This document shows, piece by piece, positions 1 to 11,312 of a stretch of DNA of 64,000 nucleotides. The notes beneath the pieces were generated by a model that saw only the letters and a program-made list of their open reading frames with translations, was not told where the DNA came from and made no database searches. The DNA comes from Camelus ferus (lineage: Eukaryota). Numbering within the stretch: position 1 is the stretch's first letter; every line of letters starts with the position of its first letter. The DNA lies in the NCBI RefSeq assembly GCF_009834535.1, contig NC_045714.1, positions 40,982,001 through 41,046,000 on the forward strand, read 5' to 3'. The position numbers and the translations under genes are program-made.

Positions 1-290
1 GGAGGGGAGATTTTAAGTGCAGGAGTAGGGTGGGCAGATTTGCTGGCAGCATCTTAGGGGATGCGTTGGAGCGGGACCAGGCTGAAGTCAGGGAGACCAG
101 CTGGAAGCAGGATGGGCTGCTGTCCAGGAGAGGTCGGAGAAGAGAGGAGGCCCCTGAGCTAATAGTGTCAGCGAAGACGGAGGGAAGGAGGTAGGTTCCA
201 CTGAATTTGGTGAGTGATTGGACAGGGGGCTGGGGGGACAGAGGAGTCAGCATCGTGCCCTGGCCCCCGGCCTGGGTGACCACTAGCAGA
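1..290 (-). mobile_element. L2 LINE fragment
   Basis: Purine-rich degenerate sequence resembling antisense L2 (ggctgaagtcagggagaccagctggaag...gtgagtgattgga); recalled consensus; runs off the window edge. Confidence 0.55.
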
Positions 291-577
291 GCCTGAGATG
301 GCTTCCTCAGCCCCATGTGGGCATCTTCCTGACCCAAAAGCCATTTTTATTACTTTCCAGTGTGTAGAGGAACCAGAACTGAACTAATAAAGTGCCGCAG
401 CTCTGCTTTAATGAGCAGAGGAGAGTAATTTGTAATTAGCACGTACATTATTTGTACAGAATGGGTGCTTCCAAAGTCCTTGTGGGGGTTGTTTGTCTTC
501 CTAAGTATTTAGACCCCCCTCCTCCCAACCATCTTGTTTATGCTGTTTATTTGTACTCTCTCTTCCTAAAAAGACAC

Positions 578-960
578 ACAAGCACACAGGCGCACGTTTG
601 CACATTCATTCACCTGCCGCTGTCTGCAGATTGTATGTGGCCAGAATGAGACACACAGGAGTGTGTATCCACCTCTTTTGCTCACTCATAAGTGTAACCC
701 CACACTTGCATGTACCAGCACAGGTACCCAGATACTTGTGCCTACATGTACATGTGTGCACGCACACATGTACACATGCACCCACTCCCTGTGCACACAT
801 ATCCAGGAAGCACAAGTACATGGAACGTGTGTGCTCACAAGAAGCCCATCGTGGCAAGCTTCCATCCATAAGCCAGCCCAATTACGTGCATGTAGAGACA
901 CACAGGTCTACATGCACACGTGTCCATCCAGGTACTCACACGTGTGCTGGGAAGGGTCAG
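578..960. repeat. CA/TG-rich low-complexity tract (alternating purine-pyrimidine)
   Basis: Imperfect cacaca/tgtgtg/catgta motifs throughout; produces the H/T/C/V-rich spurious ORFs. Confidence 0.85.
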
Positions 961-1029
961 GGATTCAGGTGGTCCTTCCCTCCTCAAGTACTGATGCTAT
1001 CAGGCCTTCATCTTTTGGTCTTGTCCAAA

Positions 1030-1525
1030 TGTAATAGGGAAGACCAAATCTGACTCCATGTTAGATCTGCTCCTTTAGCTCTAACCCTGTGCTCTGTTAC
1101 CTGGGTTTAGTCTTGCTGGTGCTGCGCCTTTTGTAACAGAATGTTGCTTATGGCCTGAAATATACAGGAGAGCCCATTCTCAAGGCTCTGACCTTTAAGG
1201 GTATAACACTTTTCCATTCATCTAGAGATAAAAAGTTGCAGAACAGAGAATAACATTTGTCTTCTTGGAGGTTTACAGGAACATCGTGACCTGACCTATG
1301 TGGACGGCTGTAAGAACAAAGGATTTTGACACCAAGAAGTTTGCAACAACCAACCACATCCCCTCCCCTTTTAATATAAAAGGAGCCTAAATATTGGGAC
1401 TCTAGTCCACTGTTTTCTCGGTGAGCTGGCTTTCTGAATAAAGTGGCTGTTTCTTGCTCCAAGAACTCAACCCTTGATGTATTGGCCTGTGTGTGGCCCG
1501 CAGTATGAGCTTGGACTTGGTAACA
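1030..1525 (+). mobile_element. ERV solo LTR (ERV1-like)
   Basis: Begins TGTAAT (1030), ends GGTAACA (1525); TATA-like taatataaaagg ~1373; AATAAA ~1437; flanks caaa/taaa form a 4-bp TSD with 1 mismatch. Confidence 0.85.
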
Positions 1526-1558
1526 TAAAGATTTGAGGTTTTAAATCTTTACCTTCTT

Positions 1559-1647
1559 GCCCAAGGCCCCAGCAATTAACCTTTTGCTACTCCTGGGTGC
1601 TGGGAACTACATGCCTGATGTGCACCCCACAGGCACCCCATCTTGCC
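1559..1647 (+). repeat. Local templated duplication (permuted copy of 3370-3408 plus 3063-3098)
   Basis: 1559-1597 is identical to 3370-3408; 1594-1629 matches 3063-3098 with 1 mismatch; the pieces share TGGG at the junction; flanking tcttgcc at 1555-1561 and 1641-1647. Confidence 0.9.
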
Positions 1648-1904
1648 TGTGCGAGGGTCAGCTACCTCTGCAGTGGGTAATGTTCTCTCCCAGTTACGCT
1701 CCTGGCTAGCTGGGCTTATGAAAGTTCTGGAGAATCGAGGTCCTACATGTACCATAGCAACAGGTCAAAAAGTAGACTTTTGCCTCCTTGGGCCCAGGGC
1801 TGTGCTTGGGCAATAAGCAATAAATAGTCTTAGTTACTACCATGGTATTTGGCCCCTCAGGCAAAAACTCTCCACAATGATCAGGAAGATGCAAAACAAA
1901 CACA

Positions 1905-2080
1905 GTCTGAGCACTAATTATGCACCAGAGCTTTTCATCAACATTACCACATCAACTCTTTCTCTTAGGATTTTGAGGGCATCATTGTTCTGCTTATTTA
2001 TGCAGACGTGGAAACAGAAGCTCAAAGAAATGAAAGCATTTGCTCAAAGCTGCACAGAAATGGGCTCGAGCCCAGAGGAG
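1905..2080 (-). mobile_element. MIR SINE
   Basis: Degenerate antisense MIR core (gcagacgtggaaacagaagctcaaagaaatgaaag). Confidence 0.55.
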
Positions 2081-2769
2081 TCTCTTACATTGTTTAATCT
2101 CTGCTTCTCAGCAAACCACCTCCTGACCTGCTGGTCTCCTCAAACGCAGGGCCTGCTGGAGCAGAGAGGAGAGGATGACAGCTGGCAATGGTCCTTGGTG
2201 CCTCTGACCTCTCACGGGGCATCTCCTTGGGGGATGAAGAGCAAAGATGAGGTGCACCATTCACTCAAGGACCAGAGATGGTTCTTCCTGGGGAAAATTC
2301 TCTCTTTCTTACATTGATGTTGACTTTTGACGTGACCCCAGAAAAGCAGCTGGTGAAGTCTTCCTTTCTCTGAGGATCTGATTGGACAACATTCCTCAGG
2401 TTCTCCCTGGGCTCCATGTTCCTAAAATCAAGAATATTGGGTTCGGAACCATTTATGCTAAGACCTGTATTCCCAGTGGAAAGGAAAATCAACAGGACAC
2501 TTTCACTGAGCCAGAAACATTACATTCCTTAAAGTTCCTAAGCTGCCCAGTTGGTCACCTTCCAGTCATTGGCTACTTACTCTCAAGCCAAGCGTATGCT
2601 TGGATTCTGGGCATAGGCAGAGTGGAAGCGTTGAAGAAGGCACCAGGCCCCTTTCGGTTTACGTTATTGGAAGCATCTTAAAGAAAAAAAAGTAGTACAA
2701 ATGTTTTTACAACACTTCTTTCATTTTAACCTTAAGATGCCTGATGAGGGAAGTCATCATAGCAAATTA

Positions 2770-3000
2770 TAGTGACAACAGCTGATGGTTATTGAATAGT
2801 TACCACGGCCATTCCCACCATGGCCTTAATGTGCTAAATACTTCACGTGCCACGGTCCATTCTATCCTCACACGAACTCTGCGGAGTTCTAGTCCTAGAA
2901 TAGGGCACTACAACTCTGATTTTACTTTCGAGAAACGAAGGAGGAGGGGGGTGAAGGGAGCTGAACAGGGCCCCAGGTCGGTTCTAGTCTGACTTTGAAT
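2770..3000 (-). mobile_element. MIR SINE
   Basis: gtgctaaatacttcacgtg...tctatcctcacacgaactct...gagaaacgaag: antisense MIR pattern. Confidence 0.65.
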
Positions 3001-3199
3001 ACTGCTCTCCTGTGCCTGCACCATCCAAGGTTAGAGCTGGCAAGGAGGGATGGAGTGGGGTGTGGGTGCTGGGAACTACACGCCTGATGTGCACCCCAAG
3101 TCTCTGTGACCCTAATGTCAAGCCATACTTTCCAACCGAGTCATCTGGCTGTGGGACTTCCAGCCAGAGCATAGGAAAGGGGCCCATGCCTCCCTTGAT

Positions 3200-3290
3200 C
3201 ATACTGCTTGTCTAAGAGTGTTGGCCAGTTTCCATGGTGTAAATACTTACACTGTGGTCAGTTTCAAGCTACCGACTGCTTGACAACAGG
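3200..3290. mobile_element. hAT MER63-like fragment
   Basis: gccagtttccatggtgtaaatacttacactgtggtcagtttcaagctacc resembles the element at ~47.6 kb and the recalled MER63 consensus. Confidence 0.45.
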
Positions 3291-4920
3291 GAGAGAAGGG
3301 GCTGGGGGAGAGGCATCTCTAACGATCGCATGTTGAACACTTGGTTCTCTGGCTCCGACCCACGGCGGAGCCCAAGGCCCCAGCAATTAACCTTTTGCTA
3401 CTCCTGGGCTCCGCAGAGGCCAGGCCGTGGGAACAGAACACCAGAAGGATATTTCGAGGCAGATTCTCCGTTGCCTCAGCCATGAAGCTGATGGTGTTTT
3501 ACTTCTTCCTTTGCCTCCCTCGGGGAGAAAACAAAGAGTGGATCCCAGAAAGGCCAGGGCCTCTAAACTCTCAGTAAAAACCTTTGAAAGGAGAGGAAGG
3601 TGGCTGGGTCTGCACACAGAGAGTGAGCAAGGAGGGGTCTCCGGAGGCCAGGGCCGGGGGCTCCGGGAGTGGAGGACGGAGCAGAGCTGGCGGGCTTGGA
3701 GGAAACGACTGGCGGAAGGCCTCCCGGACCCTCCATCCTGTCTCCGTCACTCCCACACAGATTAACGAGCCCCAGGATGCCCCTGGTGTTGGCCAGCCGG
3801 GCTTGGGGCCTCCCCAAAATAGACAGGACGCCTGGCGCCTCCCACCATGGTCCCAGCTATTGTCTTTATGAGCCTCGTGGGTTCAGGGATCACATCCTAA
3901 CACTTCCTCTTGCTGTTTAATCACCATCCTGATGGATGGACACTTGCACAGATAGCCTGGGGGCTGTTGAGGGCAGTGCAGACTCTGGGCAGCCAGCCCC
4001 CATGGTGTGCATGTGGGGCAATCTGGCACCGCCGTGCCTGTGTCTGGGAAGGGGAAATGGGGCTACTGTGGAGCCTTTGCAAGGACTTAGAGGTCCTTTT
4101 TGGCTGAGGCCGGTGGAGGGGTGGCGGGGGTGGAGGGTGGGGGCAGGACCGGGCTCAGAGTTGGTGCCGTGTTGGGGGGGGCAGTGTGTGGGCCAGAGTC
4201 AGCCACTAGGGGGCAGGCCCTGACAGCAGGTGGACCAGCCTAAATCCTGTCAAAGCTCAAAAAACCCCAAAAACCGCACAACTCAAAAAACCCGACAGTA
4301 GGAGGATTGACAGTCACAGAAAGTGGGGCACTCTGGGCCTGGGGGCTCTCTCTGGGGTCTGGTCAGCTGCAGACAGAGCCAAGGCCCAGGGAAATCTGGG
4401 AAGGGAGGAGGATAGGGAGCTAGGAGGCCATGTGTAGTCTCCGTTTGTCTTCTCAGTCTACGAGGATGGGATAATGAGGAGCTCCATCACGGCTGGACAG
4501 GGCTGGGGAACTGGCTGCTGCGGGAGGCATGGTGGGCAGGAGGAAAATCCGGGATTGACTTTGGAGTTGGTAGCTGCAGCCTAGGGACACAATCCAGATG
4601 TCGGAACCCGGGTGTGAGGATGTAGAAGCCCGAAGGGCCCTTCTCGGCTGTGTCCTCTTGCGCCTGCCTGTCCAGGTCAGCTGCCTGTTAGCCCAGCAGT
4701 GCTGAGCTTCTTCAGCTTCTCCAAAGAAGTCCCTGCCCTTTCTGCCCTTAGGTCTGGCTGATTCTGGCATCTTGGGGGCCTCCGGAGCCTGCTGCCTGCC
4801 CAGGATAGAATTTTCCAAGAGCTGGAGCTGGAAATCAGAGGGTTTGGGATTCACACTGAGGAGAGAAGAGTGGGAAACCCACCCACTACTAGAGATCTGA
4901 TAGAGCCAGAGGCCTGTAGC

Positions 4921-5031
4921 CATCCGTCCATCCATATCCATCCATCTGCCCATCCATCCATCCATCCTTCCATGCATCTATATCCACATCCATCCGTCTG
5001 TCCATTCATCCATCCATTAATCCATTCAACC
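4921..5031. repeat. (TCCA)n microsatellite
   Basis: Imperfect catc/tcca tandem array merging into the tail of an antisense L2. Confidence 0.9.
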
Positions 5032-5145
5032 AGTACATGTCATTGAAGCTTACTCTGCGCCAGGCTCTCTTCTAGGACCTGAGAATACAACCAGGAACGT
5101 GGCAGAAAAAGTCTCTGACCTCATGGGAAATGCATTTGAATGGCG
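5005..5145 (-). mobile_element. L2 3' end
   Basis: tcattcatccatccattaatccattcaaccag...cttactctgcgccaggc...ctgagaataca: antisense L2 terminus. Confidence 0.6.
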
Positions 5146-5264
5146 GTATCCCATGGACAAGCCAGATCAGTCACATGATGCGAGGGTGGAAACAGATGGT
5201 TCTTCTCTTCAGCTATCAAGGCAGCAAGCTCCCTCCACTGACCTGTTACATACGGCACATTTTC

Positions 5265-5700
5265 AATACACGTGAATGTACCTCAAGCCCACGCATACTC
5301 ACAGTGCATCCTCTTTGAAAGCAACACATCTGCAGGGTCATTTGTGCACACACACATACGTGAAAGCACGACTATCTAGATACTTGTGTACACAGGCACA
5401 CAATTGCACACATGCACACATATGTGGACACACAAGCACATGCACACACACATGTGTATCTGGTCACTCACTCAAGCACACTGGCATATGCATATAGCAA
5501 ATGTGAATACATAGTCTTGCTTCAATAAAAAAATAAAGAAAAAACTTCAATAAAAATATATATAAACAAAAAATACTATTCTTGGGCACAGTTTGGCTCT
5601 GTGTGCATAGGACAAGGACACAGGTGCCCACATATACACCCATCCTTGCACACGGGTCACGTGCACATGGGCCTTCACACGTGCACACATGCATGTCAAT
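5265..5700. repeat. CA/TG-rich low-complexity tracts (5265-5480, 5595-5700)
   Basis: Imperfect cacaca/catg repeats separated by an A-rich spacer. Confidence 0.8.
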
Positions 5701-5791
5701 ATCCCCTCTGACTTTGACCTTGCCCCAAAGCCCCCACACCTGACCATTGCCCCATCCTATCCTGGGGAATTATCCAGATCTCTGACAAGAG

Positions 5792-5931
5792 NNNNNNNNN
5801 NNNNNNNNNNNNNNNNNNNNNNNNNNNNNNNNNNNNNNNNNNNNNNNNNNNNNNNNNNNNNNNNNNNNNNNNNNNNNNNNNNNNNNNNNNNNNNNNNNNN
5901 NNNNNNNNNNNNNNNNNNNNNNNNNNNNNNN
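5792..5931. other. Assembly gap (140 N)
   Basis: N run. Confidence 1.
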
Positions 5932-6589
5932 CACGCACCGCTTTAATATGGGCCTCTAAATGTCTTCTCCCTGAAGGATTAGTAACTTAATCACCCACCA
6001 GTGATAACTGCTTCCCAGGCTGAGCTGGGAGGCTTCCCACTCCACGGCAGCCTGGCTGGGAACGGGCTGGGGGCCCAGAGGCACCTCGGCCTCCCTTTGC
6101 CTCCTCTCCCCGCGTCATTCATCGTGGGGAGTGTAGTGCTCTGCCTTCTCTGGTGGCAACAAGACCCTCAGAGACCCGCTCCTTTTCCTCTTGGTTCTGA
6201 TGCTCTGTTTGTGGTCTGGGTGGGGGTCTGTCACCCTGGGAGTCTGAATGAGCTGGATCCAAGCTCTGACTCTGAGCCTCCCAGAGCCTCGCTGAGTCCC
6301 TTGCTCCTGAGAACGCTGGCCCTGGAATCCTGGGGCCAGCTGAGACTCTGAGGGCAATCCAGAGCCTGGCTTGTCTTCCAGAAGCAGGGTGACATGAGCC
6401 AGAGATTCCCTCTGCACTGCCTCGGGGAGCAAGGAAGGCCCAGCCAGGCGTGCTGTTGGAGGGTGACCCGCTGTCCCGGGTCACCTGGGATTGAGGGATC
6501 TCCAGGACATGGAATTGCCAGGGCAAAAACCAGTCCCCAGGGAACGGGGACAGCTACTCCCCCTGGCGGTGGGGCCATCTCTACCTCCA

Positions 6590-6725
6590 GATGGAAATCA
6601 TCCTTATTGAGTGCTTACTTTATGCTAGGAGCTTGACATACATTATCTTGTTGAATTTTGATACAATTTTACAGGGATCAGTTCTATTAACATACTCATT
6701 TAAAGTAAGAAAACTGAAACTCAGT
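6590..6725 (-). mobile_element. MIR SINE
   Basis: ttattgagtgcttactttatgctagg...gtaagaaaactgaaactcag. Confidence 0.7.
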
Positions 6726-6769
6726 TTTTTTTTCAACCTTATCTAAGATCTCATAGGGGTAAAGATAAC

Positions 6770-7745
6770 AAGAGTAATAGCAGCTAATATGGTTAAGAGC
6801 TTGCTTCATAAGAAGGACTTATTCTAAAGCTCAAGGTGCATCCCCACAGCAGCCTTAGAGACAGGCACCATTTGGGGGCATATATCGTTTCTCTTATTTT
6901 TCAAAATATAATTTTTTTAATCGAGGTATAGTTAAAGTACAATGTTATGTAAGTTATAGGCGTACAGTATAGTAATTCAATTTTTAAAGAGTATACTCCA
7001 TTTATAGTTATTATAAAATATTGGATATATTCCCCATGCTGTACAGTATATCCTTGTAGCTTGTTTTATACCTAATAGTATGTATTTCTTAATTCCCTTT
7101 CTCTGTATTGCCCCTCCTCCTTCCCCTCTTCCCTCTGGTAACCACTAGTTTGTTTTCTGTATCTGTCACTTTTCTGTTATATTCACTAGTTTATTGTATT
7201 TTGTAGATTCCACATATAAGTGATACCATACACCATTTGTCTGTCTTTGTCTGACTTATTTCACTTTGCCTAATACCCTCCAAGTCCATCCGTGTTGCTG
7301 CAAGTGGCAAAATTTTATTCTTTTTTATGGCTGAGTAATATTCCATTGTATACATAGACCACATCTTCTTAATCCATGCATTTGTTGATGGACATTAAAG
7401 TTGCTTCCTAAATCTTAGCAATTATAAATAATGCAGCTATGAACATTGGGGTGCATGTATCTTTTCAAATTAGTGTTTTTGTTTTTATTGGATAGATTCC
7501 CAGGGGTAGAATTGCTCGGTCATAAGGTAGTTCTGTTTTTAGTGTTTTGAGAAAACTCCATACCATTTTCCACAGTGGCTGCACCAGTTTACATTCCCAC
7601 CAACAGTGTATGAGGGTTCCCTCTTCTCCATATCCTTGGATAGACACCATTTTTATCATTCCTACTTTATAGATGAGAAGACTGACGCTCACAGAAGTGA
7701 AGGTTATTGTGCGTCAGGGCTAGAGCTGGGATTCTGAATGCAGGG
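6770..7745 (-). mobile_element. MIR SINE split by an L1 insertion (6770-6873 and 7639-7745)
   Basis: MIR core resumes after the L1 (attcctactttatagatgagaagactgacgctcacagaag). Confidence 0.6.
6874..7638 (-). mobile_element. L1 3' end (5'-truncated)
   Basis: Antisense L1 3'UTR and ORF2 end (minus-strand [33 protein letters not shown]...); probable TSD gacaggcaccattt (6860-6873) / gatagacaccattt (7639-7652). Confidence 0.93.
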
Positions 7746-8239
7746 GTGTCTCCCACTCCAATGCCCACTGTACTGACCTGCCAATGAGGGGGCCCCCAAG
7801 TTCTTTTCTTCTAGATGATGTGAGGAGACCTGGGCAGTGGGTTTCTGGGCATTGGAGTTACTGAGCTAAGCGTGGCACCTTCTCAACACAACTCCTGCCC
7901 TTGGGTGTCCAGACTAGCTATGGCCACTCCCTGAATAACAGTTTCCAGGACAGATACCCATCTCCATTTTTAGTGCCATGGTTCCTGGCATTGGTCCTTG
8001 AACGGATTCTGCAAGTGGTGGTGAGGTCTGTGAGTTTTGTACACCCATCTTCGTGCCCAGCCCTGCTGAGGCCTCACGTGGCACATAGCAACAACTTCAA
8101 AGGTCAATCTCTGTTCTGCCTCTCCGTTCCCTCCCTTCCTCTACCCTGAGGCAGGATGTCTAAATGTGCCTCCGAGTTGTCACTCCGAAATACATACTTG
8201 GAAAGGAAGATGCCCTTTGGGAGAGAGAATAACATTGCT

Positions 8240-8420
8240 GAGCTCTAAGAGTGAGACACTGCCAGATGTGCACATTCTTATCTAACCCAACGACATCCCA
8301 AGGGGTTGGAATTATTCCCATTTTATAGCTCAGGGAACTGAGGCACCAGGGGTAGAGGGGTCGCCCAAGGCCATGCGCTTAGTCCACGGCAGGCTGAAGG
8401 TTAGGAGTCAGGCTGTCTGA
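8240..8420 (-). mobile_element. MIR SINE
   Basis: attattcccattttatagctcagggaactgaggcacc: MIR core. Confidence 0.7.
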
Positions 8421-8689
8421 GTCCATATACCGCACTCACCCCCTGGGCGGGGGCTACTGTGATCCAGAGTGTAGTGGCTTCAGACCTTCAACTTTCTCAG
8501 TCTCTCTGGGGAGGCAGCTCAGTGGGGTGGTGCTGCTCGTGGCCTGAAGCTTGGGGCTGTTCCATCGCTCATGGGACCTGGGGCTGAGATCGCTTCATCT
8601 TCTCCTTGGAACAGGGGTTCTCGCCGTCCCCATTTCATAGCCCTGTTGCGATGGTTGCATAAGGCGTTCAGCTTGGGGCCGTGGCGCAG

Positions 8690-8800
8690 AGCTAAGAGAC
8701 TTAACAAATAGTGGCTCTCATGATTATCTTTTATTATTTCTGATGGTTTGGAAGGAAGTTCCACAGAATTCAACACGTAGGCTGTCCGGTCCTTCCTCTC
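8690..8800 (-). mobile_element. MaLR MLT1 LTR fragment
   Basis: gacttaacaaatagtggctc...tttattatttctgatggttt resembles an antisense MLT1 3' end. Confidence 0.35.
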
Positions 8801-9029
8801 CTCCGCATTTCACGCTGCCTGAGCCCTTGAGTTTCCCATTCACTTAATAGGTCTGGAAAGAAGGGAGCTGGTTGTTCACGGGATCCTGAGGTCAATCAAC
8901 AATCTCCCTCTCACCACTCCTGTCCCCTAGAATCGATGTGCATGTATTGAACACCGAGGCTGCGCGGGGCCCCGAAGCTGCCCCCGAGGTGGTTTCATCC
9001 TCTGGCTGAGCAGGGCTGAGGAGCTAAGA

Positions 9030-9225
9030 CAGCAGTTCTCCAAGTGCGGACCCTGTGCCAGCGGCATCAGCGTCAGCTGGGGATGTGTTACAGGCACCGG
9101 TTCTCGGGCTCACCCCAAGTCCGTAACTGAATCAGAAACCATGCGGGCAGGGCCCAGGCGCCAGTGTTTTGATGAGTATTCCAGATAATTCTAAGGCATG
9201 CTAAGGTTTGAGAAACATGGCTCTA
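9030..9225. mobile_element. hAT-Charlie MER5A/B MITE
   Basis: cagcagttctccaagtgcggaccc...actgaatcagaaac...ctaaggtttgagaaacatggctcta. Confidence 0.75.
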
Positions 9226-10544
9226 AGGGGCCAGATCACAGCTATTCTCAGAGGGGTCAGCTGAGCCTTTGGGATCTGGGGAGGAAGAGTGGTACCCAGC
9301 GGGGGGCACATCTGGGGAGCAGGATGCTCTGGCCCTGAATGCCTGCCCCCGTCAGACATGGGATGAGGGGAGGATCCAGGGATGCTGCTGCACACACGGC
9401 ACCTTTGGCGAATCAGACAAAGATGCTCCTTCCTCACGCTGGATGCTGTGCTGCTGGTGAGTGGAGTATGAAGTGGATTTGCACCTTCATTCACCTCACT
9501 TGTGTGCAGGGCTCAGGCAAACTGAATGGTGGGCCTGGGAGAGTTTGAGAAGGGAAAGACATACCACGCCTGTCTTCACGTGAGGGGCTGGCTCCTGGGA
9601 TGCTGGAGAAGCCAGCAGGGTGAATTCCCCTGCTGGATAGACTCTCTCCAGGCCCCAGGCCTCAGCGATCCTTTAAATGAAACAGGCTAAAGGCCAAAGC
9701 ACTTGGGAGAAACAGGGCAGCGAAAAAGCAGTTATGAAGACAGCATGCCATAGACCGGAGGAGATCTCCTGCTCTGAGCCAACGCTGGAGAAAATGAAAC
9801 AGGTGTTTGATAAACTCTCGACATTTAGGTCCCCCTAGAGTTCCGTCCTCTTGCCAAAGACAAGTCAGTAGACACTGATGGAGAAATCAAAGCACTGGAC
9901 ATGGCCGTGGAGTAAGAGGATGCTCTTGGCCCCAGCCCCCCACAGCTGACACCCAGATGACCAGCCTTCTTCCTCCCTCTGTCTCCTCCTCTTCCTCCCC
10001 CAGGAGACCCTCTAGGTCACTCTCCCATTCTCCAGACACAGGCTACCTCGCCTGGGCTTCACTACCCCCAGGTTCTGGCCTAAGGGAGCCCTCCTTCCTC
10101 CTGGTCACTCCTGTTCTTAGGGGCTGATGTCCCCTCACTTCCCCCTGAAAACTTTCCTAGGTTTTATCCTCAGCTGGCCACCTAGCACACTGCTTTAACT
10201 GTTCTTGGGGCTTTCATGGGGCCACGTCCTCGTCCAGATTCCTTTCTCTTCCAGAAAGTGGTTTCTGGGGGCTCAGGGACTACCTGCATCGCTTCCTCTC
10301 TGTCGCTTAGACTAGGAGCGACTTAGAGCAAGGCCAGATCTTTCTGTGTGTGAATGAGTTTCTCCACTCCAGCACCTGCTGCCACACATTTTGGGCAAAG
10401 TAGAGGGAGAGAGAGCCCCCCAAATCCAGCTCCAGGGGCCCCAAGACCTGCCTCACTGGCAGTATCTCTGGCCCCAAAGCCTGCATTTTTAAATGCAATA
10501 AAAACGACGCATTTAGAGAGTCAGACATACCAGCCTAGTACCCG

Positions 10545-10790
10545 AAGCCTATGAAAGAATATGGTGCAATATCACTCCCATGATGGTGGGATGTTTCCTG
10601 GCAAGTTGACTTAAAATAGGGGGATTATCCTGCACTATCCAAGTGGACTCAGTGTGAACACACGAGCCCCTAAAAGCAGAAAACCTTTCTCTGGCAGTTG
10701 GTGGATGTGGAAGCCAGAGAGATTCAAAGCAGAAGGACTTAATGGGCCACCAAGTTTGTGGTACTTGATTATTTAACAACAGAAACCAGC
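10545..10790 (+). mobile_element. MaLR MLT1 LTR, internally deleted
   Basis: gttgacttaaaatagggggattatcctgcactatccaagtggactcagtgtgaac...; 3' ccaagtttgtggtacttg...acaacagaaacc. Confidence 0.65.
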
Positions 10791-10994
10791 GCGATGCCTT
10801 CAGTGCAGGGCCTCCAACCTTGTTCGTTTCTGCTCTCTCTGAGGTCCGAGGGTAGCGCCTGGCACGTGCGAGCTTGTGACGTTTCTGTTGAGTGGGTACC
10901 TGAGTTAGTGTGGGAGGTGAGTGAACGTCCTTGGGCTATAGGATTACTGTATAATGTATAGGGCTATACGTTTTTTTTTTTTTTTTTTTTATTG

Positions 10995-11180
10995 TAAAGG
11001 GGAAGACAGTAACTCTGTAAGCTTTGCAGGCTCTGTCAGGACACACAACTCTATCACTGCAGTGCAGAGGCAGCCAGAGACAGTATGTAAACAAATGTAC
11101 GTGGCCCTGTTCCAATAAAACTTTATTTAAAAACAGGTGATAGGTCAGATTTGGCCTGCAAACCATAGTGTGGTGATCTC
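10995..11180. mobile_element. hAT-Charlie MER58A MITE
   Basis: gcagccagagacagtatgtaaacaaatgtacgtggccctgttccaataaaactttattt...gatttggcctgcaaaccatagt. Confidence 0.8.
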
Positions 11181-11312
11181 TTTTATAGATCAATGGGTCT
11201 TCCGTCTGGTCCCTCCACCCAAAGATGTGGGATCTTTTGCATAGGACCACATGCTTTAAAGAAACGTTTTATGGACAGAAACAGTTTCTAGCCTAAGAAA
11301 CACTCCAGTCAG

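Noticed and set aside
452-1053. Overlapping ORFs of 65-151 aa rich in H/T/C/V
   Set aside because: They are translations of the CA/TG low-complexity tract. The same applies to 5276-5747, 24217-24801 and 61561-61902.
3063-3098. gggaactaca...tgtgcac as a ZNF143/ACTACA promoter motif
   Set aside because: Spacing and core (CCTGA rather than TCCCA) deviate from the ACTACAnnTCCCA consensus, so it cannot be supported.
4453-4977. 174-aa minus-strand ORF with an acceptor-like tttccag at ~4830
   Set aside because: It starts in the (TCCA)n microsatellite, shows no recognisable domain and has no supporting neighbouring exons; it is consistent with a chance ORF in GC-rich DNA.
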